32,000 bases of DNA from Zygophlyctis sp. KS116 (Eukaryota; Fungi; Chytridiomycota), in assembly GCA_054661495.1 (NCBI GenBank), contig BAAFSQ010000020.1, positions 30,001 through 62,000 of the forward strand. Direction: 5' to 3'. Shown here in pieces: positions 12,517-23,750 of this stretch; positions within the stretch are counted from its first letter, which is position 1; each line of letters starts with the position of its first letter. The position numbers were made by a program, and so were the translations under genes. The notes under the pieces are model-generated. The model saw nothing but the letters and a program-made list of their open reading frames with translations. It did not search any database and was not told the origin of the DNA.

Positions 12517-12549
12517 TGATATTAATTTTGTATTTTTCAAATCATCCGT

Positions 12550-12638
12550 CATTCAGCTGACGTATCATATCGAATGCGCGTAAAATTAGCATGGAATAGA
12601 ATGGAGTGATCTACCAGAGTCGGTTGAGCATCAGCTGA
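12550..12638 (-). ncRNA. Candidate box C/D snoRNA with 18S rRNA guide (snR53-like)
   Basis: Minus strand: variant box C CUGAUGC (12628-12634), 14-nt guide UAUUCCAUGCUAAU (12585-12598) antisense to conserved fungal 18S AUUAGCAUGGAAUA, box D CUGA (12553-12556), and a flanking inverted repeat (12536-12546 / 12637-12650). The D' box is poor. Confidence 0.5.
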
Positions 12639-12694
12639 TGATTCTTTGAAATTAATTAGGCTAACGCTTGCCATTTGGTGACAGAGAAAGCGAA

Positions 12695-12720
12695 CGCGAA
12701 AGTTTCGTGAGGATTTCGCG
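12695..12720. promoter_or_regulatory. Cluster of three CRCGAAA (SCB/E2F-like) sites
   Basis: CGCGAAA 12695-12701, TTTCGTG 12703-12709 and TTTCGCG 12714-12720 in the divergent RasGEF/apyrase spacer. Confidence 0.45.
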
Positions 12721-12727
12721 TCGAAAG

Positions 12728-14348
12728 ATGCCAAACCGACTTTACGCTGATTGGTTGCTCTCAACTGTGAAAAAGCGATACTTGCTGATTGTTTGCCTAT
12801 TGATCCCATTAATCATCTTCTCATATTTGAAATCTGATCATGAAAAATTCGCAGTTGTCGTTGATGCAGGAAGTTCCGGTTCCAGATGCCATATATATTC
12901 ATATCATTCAACATGGTTCTTACCAGAAATCAAGAATCTAAAAAGTATTAAGACGGAGCCTGGTATTTCAACTTTGGATGACATTACTAAATATGAACCT
13001 TATCTTTCAGAGATTTTGGATTTTGCATCAAATAATATTCCAAAACGATTGCATTCAAAGACTCCGATCTTGTTTTATGCAACTGCAGGAATGCGTTTAT
13101 TACCTGTCCCCCAACAGACTGATATCATGAAATCTTGTTGTGATTTTTTCAGAAATAATTCAGAATTTCACATCCCAAACTGTAAAGAATTCAAGGTCAT
13201 TTCAGGTCATGATGAAGGAATATATGGCTGGCTAACAGTAAATTACTTGAAAAAATCTCTATCACGCACGATAGAGCAGTTAAATAAACAAACCTTTGGA
13301 TTTTTAGACATGGTAATTTATTTCTTGATAAATTTGATAGGGAGGTGCTTCATTACAAATTGCTTTTCAGCCTAGTCTAGATATGTCAATTACTCACAAG
13401 GACGATTTATCAGAAATTAATCTGGTCTTGGCAGATGGATCAGTTGTTTCATATAACATATTTGTAACAACTTTCCTTGGATTTGGTATGATCTTGATAT
13501 ATCTTATATATAAGGAGCTAATGAAGCTAGAAGAAGATATCTTGAAAACAAGATTAAAAACAAAGCAACCAATCAAATAAAAGATGATTGTCTAATGAAT
13601 GGTCATAAAGTTGCAGAAAATGGTGTAAGTCTGGAAGGGACTGGAAATTATTTGAAATGTATAAAGGAAGTCTCTGGATTGTTAAATATCGGAAAGTCTT
13701 GTAAGGATGATCCTTGTTATTTCAATGGAGTTCATATACCAATTTCAAATTTTTCAGAATTCAATCTCATCGGAGTCTCTGAATTTTGGTATACATCAAC
13801 TAATGTTTATGATTTAGGAGGATTGTATAATGCTACAGCCTTCTTATCAAAATTTAAAACTCTTTGCTCATCGAATTGGTCAGATATTTCTCAATCCAAA
13901 CTAGAGAATTTGATTAGTCATTCTGGGGGGCTTGATCCAACTTTTTTAGAGTACCAATGCTTCAAATCATCTTGGATTTACAATTTTTTACATTATGGAT
14001 TACTTTTATCAACACAAACCACCCAAAGCACAGCTCAATATTCTCTGGAATTTATGAATGAAATTCAAAATGTGGAAGTGGTAATAAGTTTATTATTTTA
14101 TAATTTAGTCATGGACCCTTGGTGCAATTCTAATGTCGATTTGCTCTACCAATACTAATCAACCTGGGCTTACATCTCTTCAGTATTGGAATTTAGGTTT
14201 TGCATTCTTATTTTTTAGTTTTTTGATCACATTTTCCGTCTGCATATATTATAAAAAGTGTCTTAGGATGGCATCATCAGAGACAACATTTTCACGATTC
14301 ATGATGGGTAGACGAAGGTCGAGTGAAGATTATAAATCAATTGTCTAA
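12728..14348 (+). CDS. GDA1/CD39 family apyrase (Ynd1/ENTPD4-like; 511 aa)
   Basis: Introns 13313-13340, 13486-13514, 14081-14108. Apyrase conserved regions 1-5: DAGSSGSR, ATAGMRLL, EGIYGWLTVNY, FLDM|GGASLQ, SWTLGA; also FLGFGANEARRRY. Confidence 0.93.
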
Positions 14349-14354
14349 TGTGCA

Positions 14355-16419
14355 TTAATTCATGGGGCTTTGATTTCGGTACAGCCTTCTTACAGTTGCA
14401 TTTGACGAACATTCTTCTAAGTTTGGAGCGAACCGCACACTATTTTGAGACAAATTAGTTCTCGCAGATAGTGGGCGTTGACGTCGCATGATCGACTCTA
14501 TTTCTGGTTTTGTAATTGGTTTGGAAGATTCGTCTACATCTGATTTTTGGCTTTCTGCTTTCTCAATCAGAGAAACCGCCATAATTCCGGGTTTTGATGG
14601 CGGACATTTATTTTTTGCTGCGATAACCCAATTCTTTACAGAATAGAATTCATTACAACTGCGTTTTTAGATAAATATATTCATTCATACCGCTTCTTTA
14701 CTTTGATAGATTTTTCAGATTTCAGCTGAATGGGAACAATTGGAGCTCTAGTTGACAAGTTGTCTTTTGTGGATGGTATTCCTATAGAATATGGTCTAAA
14801 GCCTCGATTCATCTGACTATCTTCTTTATCAGTGCTGCTGTAATAATCATATTCTACCGATTGACCATTTAGTCCGCTTATTAGATTTTTTAGTAGTTCT
14901 TTCCGTTCATAGATTGCCTCAACACCTTTAATTCTGCTACTGATTGATGAGATGGATTTCGTATCCTAATTTTAGTAATTATCATTTATATTACTGAATT
15001 ATTTACAGTAATATCAGCATCTTTTTTATCATTTTGAAGTTCCTCAAGGCAGTCCGAAAGTATATCAATGATCCTATTCATTTTAATATTTCTTTTCTTA
15101 TTGATCTTTGTTATGTTCCTAGAATTTTGTCTTTCATTTTCTAATTGAAACTTTAAATTTACTATTTGATTTTTGTATTTTCTTTCCATATTCTGGAGAA
15201 TATCTTCTTTAAAATTATCGGTTTGAATTCTTCCTTCGTTGTATTTTTCAGAGATAGTTTTTGAATCATCAATATATTCAATATTATGCATTATGCCATA
15301 AATTTCCTTCTTCAGAGCGTCATTTTTACGTGAGATGTTCCATTTTGGCTTTATTTGATCAACATTTGAATACCAGTCTGTAATTTCGTCCTCTGAATCT
15401 TCATTCGTCTGGATATTTAAGGTTTCCTGATGCTCTAAATATTCATTTTCGCTAGGACAACTTTCACGGCACGTTTGTTCTTCTTGCGTATCGGTACTTT
15501 TCAATGCCAGACTTTCTTGTGTCTTTTTTAATTTCTTTTTCAGAATGTGAATATAAGTTTTTCTACTTGCCAATTTCTCGCTCATTAAGCGTTCTTCTGA
15601 TTGTGCATTAGACTTATACATTCTTAAATCAGATACTTCTGAAGATAAATGCGCATTATTTTTAATCAATTCCTCCAGCTCCTGTTTCATTATCGACATC
15701 TTTTTACTTAAAATGGCTATTTGAGAATCACACTTTTTATGACTGCTTAGAGTTTCATACTGTAAGTTTAGTTTAGCTTTGAATTTTTCTTCGGTTTCAA
15801 AGTGCTTTTGATAAAACAAACTTTCCATCTGATGCTCTTTATCTTTCAAAACCTTTTCCATGATTGAATCATAATGATCAACGGTGATGTCGAGTTTCTT
15901 ATGTACCTCTTTTATATTTAAAATTTCTATAGGCTCTGTACGTTGATCCGATTCTTTTTTCAGCTTTGAAAATAAGCCAACTTGAACTAATTTAGATTGC
16001 AATTTGGAAATGGCAAGATTACTCTTTTCTCCAAACACAACATTTTCATGATATTCATACTCTTCAGAGAAATCTGAATCTAAATCATCTGATTCATTTT
16101 CATCCTGATTTTTTTTCTCAATTGCAGAAGGATTAACCGGTGCCACTTTAGCGTCTAACAGATTAAGTTGAATCTGCTCTTCAGCCGCTCGTATAATACC
16201 TTTGGCAGCAAGTATTGCATCGGCTTCAGATTTGCCTTCTTTAGTAGCCTAATCATTAAAGCGAAATCTTACAGTAATGATCGCATCATAATATGCAGCA
16301 TTATTAGAAGCTGCCTGTACATTCATCGAGTTTAAAAATGCAGATCGGCGCCCACTTCTACGACTCATTGATCTAGAGAAATCATCAGTCGTAGGTAGAG
16401 TCATAAAAGTGTCACTCAT
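14355..16419 (-). CDS. Uncharacterised coiled-coil protein (659 aa, 4 exons)
   Basis: Introns 16249-16272, 14966-14994, 14659-14690 give one continuous frame. K/E-rich heptad segments, acidic patches and an RPLSAR-containing tail; no family recognised. Confidence 0.7.
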
Positions 16420-16635
16420 AGCAGCGGAAAATAAGATGTCGCCGAATTAAGAGTTTTGACTCAAGACTCTTCAACTGACGGATATGTGGCGACTCAAGAG
16501 TCATATAGCTGAAGGCTTCAATTTCATCAAGATTTAGCTAACTTGCAAGCTGATCGAAAATAATATCTATTAAACTCAATGATTTTTTAGATTCATACCA
16601 AATGATTTCTATTTTAATATGATTTGATAAACATA

Positions 16636-19600
16636 TTAATTTAAACTTCTTTGTACAATCTTTCCTTTGATTTCCTCCCATTCCGGTAAATAAGGTAAAG
16701 ACTGATAGAGGCTGGAGTCTGGAGGTGCATCTAAAAATCCGACATGTATAAAATAACCCAGATATAATGACATGAGACCATCAACCGCTTCACATCGAAC
16801 ACCTTTTCTTTTGATAATTTCACGAGTGTTTGAATCATCCAATTCCGCAGATTTGGTGGATGTTGGGAGATCATCCAAAACGAAATGAAGCAAAGGATAT
16901 AATGCATGATCAGCTGTTGCGACAGTAAAGTCCATTAATGATGATCGCCAGTGCATATATTCAGTAGGCTCAACTGGGTATTTTAATTTCAGTAAATGTG
17001 CAAACATATCATCAAAACAAAAACTAACTTTAGAAAATAATAAGTATACCCTTGAGAGTTCCAAATATGAAATATTTTCTTTGGAAGACTTTTTTCTGTT
17101 CCGGCTATTTCAGCGATTGCATTCGCAACATAATCAACAGGGCACATATTAATAATATTTGATATTCTTGGAATTTTTCCTAACTGAATACATCCTTTTA
17201 CAAGACGCCAAAGGAAATCATCACTATTAGAAACACCTGTTTTAGAGTCACCAACAATATAACCTGGTCGAATTATTGTTGCCGGAACTCCGCGAGATTG
17301 AGCTCGCATTATCAGTTTTTCTGAAACCCATTTGGTTTGTCCGTAACCACTTCCAAGTCCTGTTCGAGATCCCTCTAAGTCATCAGATTCAGACACCGCG
17401 TCACCAATATCCAAAAAGTTAATATAATAAGGAGTATCCAATACAGAAGTAGACGAAACAAAGTGAAAAGGCTTGATCTTTTTCAGAACGGAGAGGCGAA
17501 GTGCTTCAATAGTCCCCAAAATATTTGGTGCCTTTAACTTTTCATACGGATAAACCCAGTGGACCTAAATATTAAATTGTTGTTAAATCATACCAGTGCG
17601 CCATTATGTATAATAATGTCTACAATTGTAGCTAATTCATCCCAAACCTTAATTGATAACCCAAATTTAGGTGACGCCAAATCTCCGCATATGGCGATGG
17701 ATCTGGTAGAGAAATCTTCTTTCCAGAGTAAATGTCTGGTCAAGTTATCTCTGATTCTCTTAAAACCTTCCTTCTCATTTTGCGCCCTTACGAGACAATA
17801 TGCTTTTGAGCCAGGATAACGAGTTAGAATTGACGACAGCAAAAAAGCCCCTAAAAATCCAGTAACCCCAGTGACAAAGAAAATAGGATTAGACATATCT
17901 GGAAAATTAATTTCCACACCATCAACACTGATCGAAATATCATCTAATTCATCCAGTTCACTATCGTACTTGAAAATAGAATCGGCTGGTGTTTCAGGGC
18001 GTGAGGCATTTGCTGCAGAATGAAGATTCTCTTCACTTGTGTTGAGAATAGCCTGACCAGCCAGATTAAGGTCTTTAGACTTTAAAATCTCAATTCCACT
18101 GGCCATTCCCTTCAAAGTTGGTTGACGATAAACTAAATCTAAAGGAGCATTCAATCCTATTTCCTTGCGAATCTCGAAAATTAGCCTTGTGGCCAAAATA
18201 GAATGTCCCCCACGATCAAAAAATGAGTCAGCAGCTGTTATAGACTCATCCGAGACTTTCAGAATAGTTGCCCAGATTTTTCGTAACATAGTTTCCGTAG
18301 CCGTTAAATTTGTGGCAGCGGAATCACCCAGTCCCGCGATTAATGCAGTATCTGGAAATGGCAATGCATTCTTATCTATTTTCCCATTCGGAGTCAGCGG
18401 CATACGAGTAAGGGGTACAAAAACTAAATTATGAATCAAACATTATGTTACCTGCAGGTATGGCATATGATGGAAGCTTTTTTTTCAGAAAGTCCCTGAT
18501 ATCTTTCACCAAAAGGGAAAGATCTATTTCATTCTTAAGCGGGACAAAATAATTGACTAGTGTTTGTTCTTCATATTTGTCACGGCGCACTAAAGTAACT
18601 GTTTCCCTAATATCTGGATGTTGCGATAAATGTGTATTGATCTCATTCAATTCAATTCTAAACCCTCTGATTTTAACTTGATCGTCAGCTCTTCCGGTGC
18701 ATTCTACGCTCCCGTCAGACTTATATCGACCCAAATCTCCAGTTCTATACATCCGGTCGCGCGCACCCAAATAATAAGGAATGCTTTCATCCGAATTTGG
18801 ACTTCCGAGCTTATTGAATGGATTTAGTAAAAATTTGGCCGCTGTAACATCTTCTAGCTGTAGATATCCTTCTGCTAAACCGCTGCTTCGCACGTATATT
18901 TCTCCTACTTCTCCTACACCACAGAGCAGCCCAAAAGAGTTCACCACTAAGAGCTGGACATTCTTCATACCCTTTCCTGCAGGCATTATATCTTTCTGCT
19001 CCGAAATGTAACTGGGGTGAGTGGATACAGGTGGAATCTTTAAATAAGATACTGCCCGCTGTGTTTCAGTTGTCCCATACATATTTATCACATTAGTATT
19101 TTGAGCCAATGTTTGGAGTCTAGTAACGTCACGTTTGGTCAAAACGTCTCCAACAAAAAATGCATTACGTAAAGTCGGGATAGGATGTGTTGCATTAGCC
19201 GATAACAATTGACCCATTGCAGGAGTAAGATGAGTTATAGTGATGTGATTTTCCGCCATCCATTCAGACAATCTTCCTGGCTGCCCAATATCATTTGCAG
19301 TTGGAATATAAAGCTGCGCTCCTAGAAAAAGAGGAGTAAAAACTAAAGTTATCATAAATTAAAGTTCATACTGTCCCTTTGAATAGGATCATGAGCTATT
19401 CCACTCAGCATTGTAAACTTTTCATTTCCATCGAGTTCAAATTCATTCTTCATCCAAGGATAAAAATGAGTCAAAGAAAAATGCCGCCCTCTGACACCTT
19501 TTGGTATTCCAGTAGATCCACTAGTAAAGCTTAATGTTCCAATAGAATCTGGTCCTAAAATTATTCCAGGATCTTTATCTTTCATTAAAGCGTCCTCGTA

Positions 19601-20711
19601 AAATAATTCATTCTTTAAGTCACCGCTTAAAACCCCATCTGATTCAATTTGAAGTGATGGAACTTCAACTATCACAGTAAGCTCCTGCTTTATATAATTT
19701 CGGACTTCTTCATGTAGTATCCCAGCCTTTCTTAGTATAACTAGACCACGAGGCTGAGCAACAGACAAATATACATTCTGCCTTGTAGGTGGATACGCAG
19801 GATCTATAAATTAGTTTTTACTCAATACCTATTACGCTAAAAGCCGCACCAGTCTTCAATACACCTAATACTGCAACAACCAAATCCACACATCGATACG
19901 AATATAAAACCACCACATCTCCTCTTTTTATTCCTTTCCGTGTAAGATGATGTGATAACACATTTGATGCTTCAAGAATCTGTTTATAAGTAAAAACCCG
20001 TTTTCCATTTTCTAAACTTTCCACTACACATATAGAGTCTGGAGATTTATGAGCATTTCTAGTAAATATATCTGTAATTGCACCTTCAAATTTATCCCAT
20101 CCTAAATCAATTGTTGGATCTGGAAGCCTTAATTTTGAGTTTTGGGTCATTAATGAAATTTTCCCAATTTCAATAGATGGATTATTAGAGACTGCATGTA
20201 TTATTTCTTCTATCTGATCTAAAAGATCTTCCATCCTCTGCTGATTAAATAGCAACGAATTATAAACCAATCTTAAGGATATATCTAGCAAGGCCCTAGC
20301 TGACGATGATTGACTAACGTACAAGATCAATTCAGCTTGACTATAAGACTCATCAGCATCAGAAGCATTAACACACGCAACTCTAGTTTGACCTTTTTTT
20401 AATAATGGAACCTTTTCCTTTTCTTGTATTTGAGCCAATAATTGACCAAATGTAGCATTTAGATCAATTTTCAGAGATATTGGAAATAAAGCCCCTTTAA
20501 GTGCAGATCCCAATTCCAAAGACTCTTGAGCAGATATACGACTACATATAATTACAAATGCAGTTTGTATGACTAAGAATGGTGACAATCCAGACATTAA
20601 AGACATTTTGATCAGATCATTTGTGTTTGTAACGGCTTTTTTAATATCGCTTTCGATAGACTTTATCGGAAATGGTCTAGAGAAATCAGTCGGTAGAACA
20701 AGCTGTGTCAT
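16636..20711 (-). CDS. LYS2: L-2-aminoadipate reductase (A-T-R, NRPS-like; 1312 aa, 6 exons)
   Basis: Introns 19804-19828, 19343-19371, 18424-18451, 17565-17593, 17024-17049. [62 protein letters not shown], carrier site [35 protein letters not shown]. Confidence 0.97.
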
Positions 20712-20806
20712 TCTACTTGGCCAATAAAAGGTTTACACACCTACTGACCAATTAGGAGCCATTAGCCACTACAATGGCCATTCGCCTTAGCCTGCATACT
20801 GATATA
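20712..20806. promoter_or_regulatory. Short bidirectional promoter LYS2/AAR2 with CCAAT boxes
   Basis: CCAAT at 20721-20725 and 20748-20752, CCATT variants, and palindrome AATGGCCATT at 20773-20782. Confidence 0.4.
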
Positions 20807-21826
20807 ATGAGTAGACTCTTACTCTTGGGAGCTCCGGAAGGACTTTCGATCACTGTAGATTTTAATTCATGGACGACAGGACCACTCTTCAAAGGCATAA
20901 AGGATATTCCAACTGGAATGCATTTCATCACTAGTAATTTAGATCAATTGTTTGGACGATCTGGATTTTTCATTGATGGCAATAATCCGCTAAATATCTG
21001 GCAGTGGGATAATGCATCAAATAGATTCATTCAAGTCTCTGATCAGGATCAGCTAAATAGGATAAAGCTAGGAATCAAGGAGATTGAATTGGGCTTGGGA
21101 CCATATCCGAATAATCTTGAGCAGTCTTGGGCAATGCATTCATCATATTTAAGTCTGCAATTGTTGAAAAAGATTTGTCCTGCTAATTTGGTAGATACTG
21201 TAACTAGTAGCTCGCAGTTATCAGAAGTAGCCGATCCAAGATTAGAGTCGGATTCTCATACAATTCATTTTACTCCTATAGACTTGAAGCATTCTTTTCC
21301 GGCTGGTACTATGGGGGCATTAAGATCAAAGTATTCAATGGATAAGAGTTGGTTGCTATCTAGGTTAATATCTGAGAGTTCGGCTGAAGAATTGTTGGGA
21401 GAAGTACAGATTTCATTCATAATGTTTATTTTGGGTCAATTTTATGATGGTTTTGATCAATGGAAGTTATTGATTCATTTGATCTGTAATTCAGAGCAAA
21501 GGTTGGAAGAAGATCCTGATTTTTACATTCAGTTTTTAAGTAAGAATTCATTTATTTACACTATAGATATTTTAATGGTGCAGCTTAAAGAATGTCCAGA
21601 AGATTTTTTCCGTGACATAATCTCGCAAGATAATTTTTTACAAGATGCTTTAATTGCACTCGCAAGTAATGCTTCAGAGATGAACCTAACCGGTCGGCTT
21701 TGTGATGCTCTCAATCGCTTATGGACTCTTATCTATGATCGTTTTCAGTGGGATATACAAAGTCAAGTAAAGATGACGGACTTGCAACAAGATAATGATG
21801 AATATGCTCCCGTGGTTGTAGAATAG
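20807..21826 (+). CDS. AAR2: U5 snRNP assembly factor Aar2 (330 aa; alternative in-frame start 20774)
   Basis: TGPLFKGIKDIPTGMHFI, LGPYP, MDKSWLL, ELLGEVQISF, QWKLLIHLICNSE, CPEDFF.DIISQDNFL, DEYAPVVVE. Probable in-frame intron 21540-21566. Confidence 0.92.
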   Translation: MSRLLLLGAPEGLSITVDFNSWTTGPLFKGIKDIPTGMHFITSNLDQLFGRSGFFIDGNNPLNIWQWDNASNRFIQVSDQDQLNRIKLGIKEIELGLGPYPNNLEQSWAMHSSYLSLQLLKKICPANLVDTVTSSSQLSEVADPRLESDSHTIHFTPIDLKHSFPAGTMGALRSKYSMDKSWLLSRLISESSAEELLGEVQISFIMFILGQFYDGFDQWKLLIHLICNSEQRLEEDPDFYIQFLSKNSFIYTIDILMVQLKECPEDFFRDIISQDNFLQDALIALASNASEMNLTGRLCDALNRLWTLIYDRFQWDIQSQVKMTDLQQDNDEYAPVVVE

Positions 21827-21889
21827 CGCCAATGCTATCCAGTGAGATATTTAAAACAATCTCATTTAGCAGTTTTACTCTTTTTATCC

Positions 21890-23713
21890 TTACCGCATAC
21901 GAGGTTTCTTATCTGAACCTCTTTCATCATCAAATGAATCACGCTTTGATGAGATGATTCCACGTTCACCAGGTCGGCCGCCTCCTACCCTGCCAATTCC
22001 ACCGCCATGACCTACTTCTTTAATATTAACTTGTGGTTCCTCCATAGTATATCCTGGCATTATACTCATCATTCCACCTCTTTCTGCACCAGTGATAGCC
22101 TTAATGTCCAATTCAGTTAGTTTAGATAAAGGGATAGTCACAGTTCCTTGGATACTATCGAAAAATTCACGCGGCCCATAGCCTAATGCCCATCCAATCT
22201 GAATTTTAGATTCTTAGACTTACCTTGAATTGTGATCCATCGTCAAAGGGAAATAAAGGAAGTAGCTCTCTTAATTTTTCTGCATGAGCTCGAGTATACA
22301 TTTTGACAAATGCACAATTTTTGGCAGGCTGTGCCTATAAAATTAATTAATTTGCAACGTACAACAAATGTTTCAACCTTGAGTTCTGTCAAAGATTCTA
22401 TTATCTGGATCATTTGAGATTGAGTGATTTCTGATTTAATATTTCCAACATAAACAGTTCTACTTAATACTATCATTAGAATAATTATTCAAAGTTACTT
22501 CTGACCGCATCCAAAGGTGTAGATGGATCCAGAAAAGGTTCACCAGTAGCATATGGATCCCTTTCACCCGACTGAATCATCTCTTCTTGTTTTGGCGTCA
22601 TTGAGTTTTGTAATAAATCCTGCTGATTATTATAAGCCTGTTGCTGATATCCTTGATCGTGTCCTCTCTGAATATTCTGAGGATTAAAGTGTAAATTTGA
22701 ATATTCTTCAGCAGGTGTTGAAGGAGTCATAAATTGCGCAAACATATTCATTTGATTAGATGAAATCTGGGAATTATTAGGAGCTAAAAACGCATTTTGA
22801 GAAGGCCTAATAATCATTCTTGAAAACCTTACATAACATCAGGTCTTGCTGAAAGAGGTTTACTATTCAGCCCATCATCTTCATCTTCATAATCAAAATC
22901 ATTTGGATCTTCTGAAACAACTGCATTTTGTTGATTAGATTGAAACGAAGGGACCGCATATGAAGAAGCATTTGGTCCTGCACCCATCAAATTTAGTAAA
23001 TGAGCCAATACAGCATCTGGAGGAGGAGCATTTGGTGGTAAAGCAGCTAAAGGAACTTGAGGCTGTTCGAAATTAGATATATTTGAAGGAGGCGCAGAAA
23101 TTGATGGAATCTGAGAAATGATTTCCGGCTGAGTCGTTTGAGATGTCACAGGTAAATTTGTAGGAGCAGAAGCTAAACTTGAAATCAGACTTGATAAATT
23201 TGGCTTTGTAGAACTTGTTGGTTCTATATGATTTGAAGGAACAAATTCAGCAGGTACGGTCAATTCTGCTATTTCTCAGATATTTCTAAAATTACCTTTT
23301 GGCAAGTAATCCTTTTCCAATTTCTTTAAAAGCTCTTCCTCAAACAGATTTGATTTCTTCCAAACTCCCAATAACTTTCTAATCTTCTCCTTATCTTTGT
23401 CTGGCGCATCGACTGCGTTAGAAAGCATGGATTCCAACTTTTCTGCAAATCTTGAGACATATGCCTTTACATCTCCAGAAGAAGACTTTGACGCCGCTCT
23501 AGAAATTGAATCAATGACATACATGGCTGCCAATTTCAGCTCATTTGGACACTTTTGTATAAACTTTTCAATTGAAAACACAACATTCTTGTATCCCTTG
23601 TAGTTCTTGATGGCAAGCTTTGTTACCGCCTGAATTCTCGATGCTGAAACTGGAAGCTTGACTTCATACAATGCATGCAGTTCTTTCTCAAAGTCTAGCA
23701 CATCTTTTGACAT
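21890..23713 (-). CDS. Nrd1/Seb1-like Pol II CTD-interacting domain + RRM termination factor (562 aa)
   Basis: Introns 23269-23295, 22807-22832, 22470-22498, 22335-22362, 22199-22223. CID motif KLAAMYVIDSISR, RRM ILSRTVYVGNI..CAFVKM, then GWALGYGPREFFD..G...IP and ERGG. Confidence 0.9.
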
Positions 23714-23750
23714 TTTTGTGAGCAGGTCGGTGGTTGGGCGCCTCAAGACA

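Noticed and set aside
12549-12809. 86-aa antisense ORF and other short ORFs opposite real genes
   Set aside because: No motifs; these are shadow frames of real CDSs or spacers.
16636-20711. NRPS secondary-metabolite cluster
   Set aside because: The A-T-R protein has LYS2-specific motifs, so it belongs to primary lysine biosynthesis.
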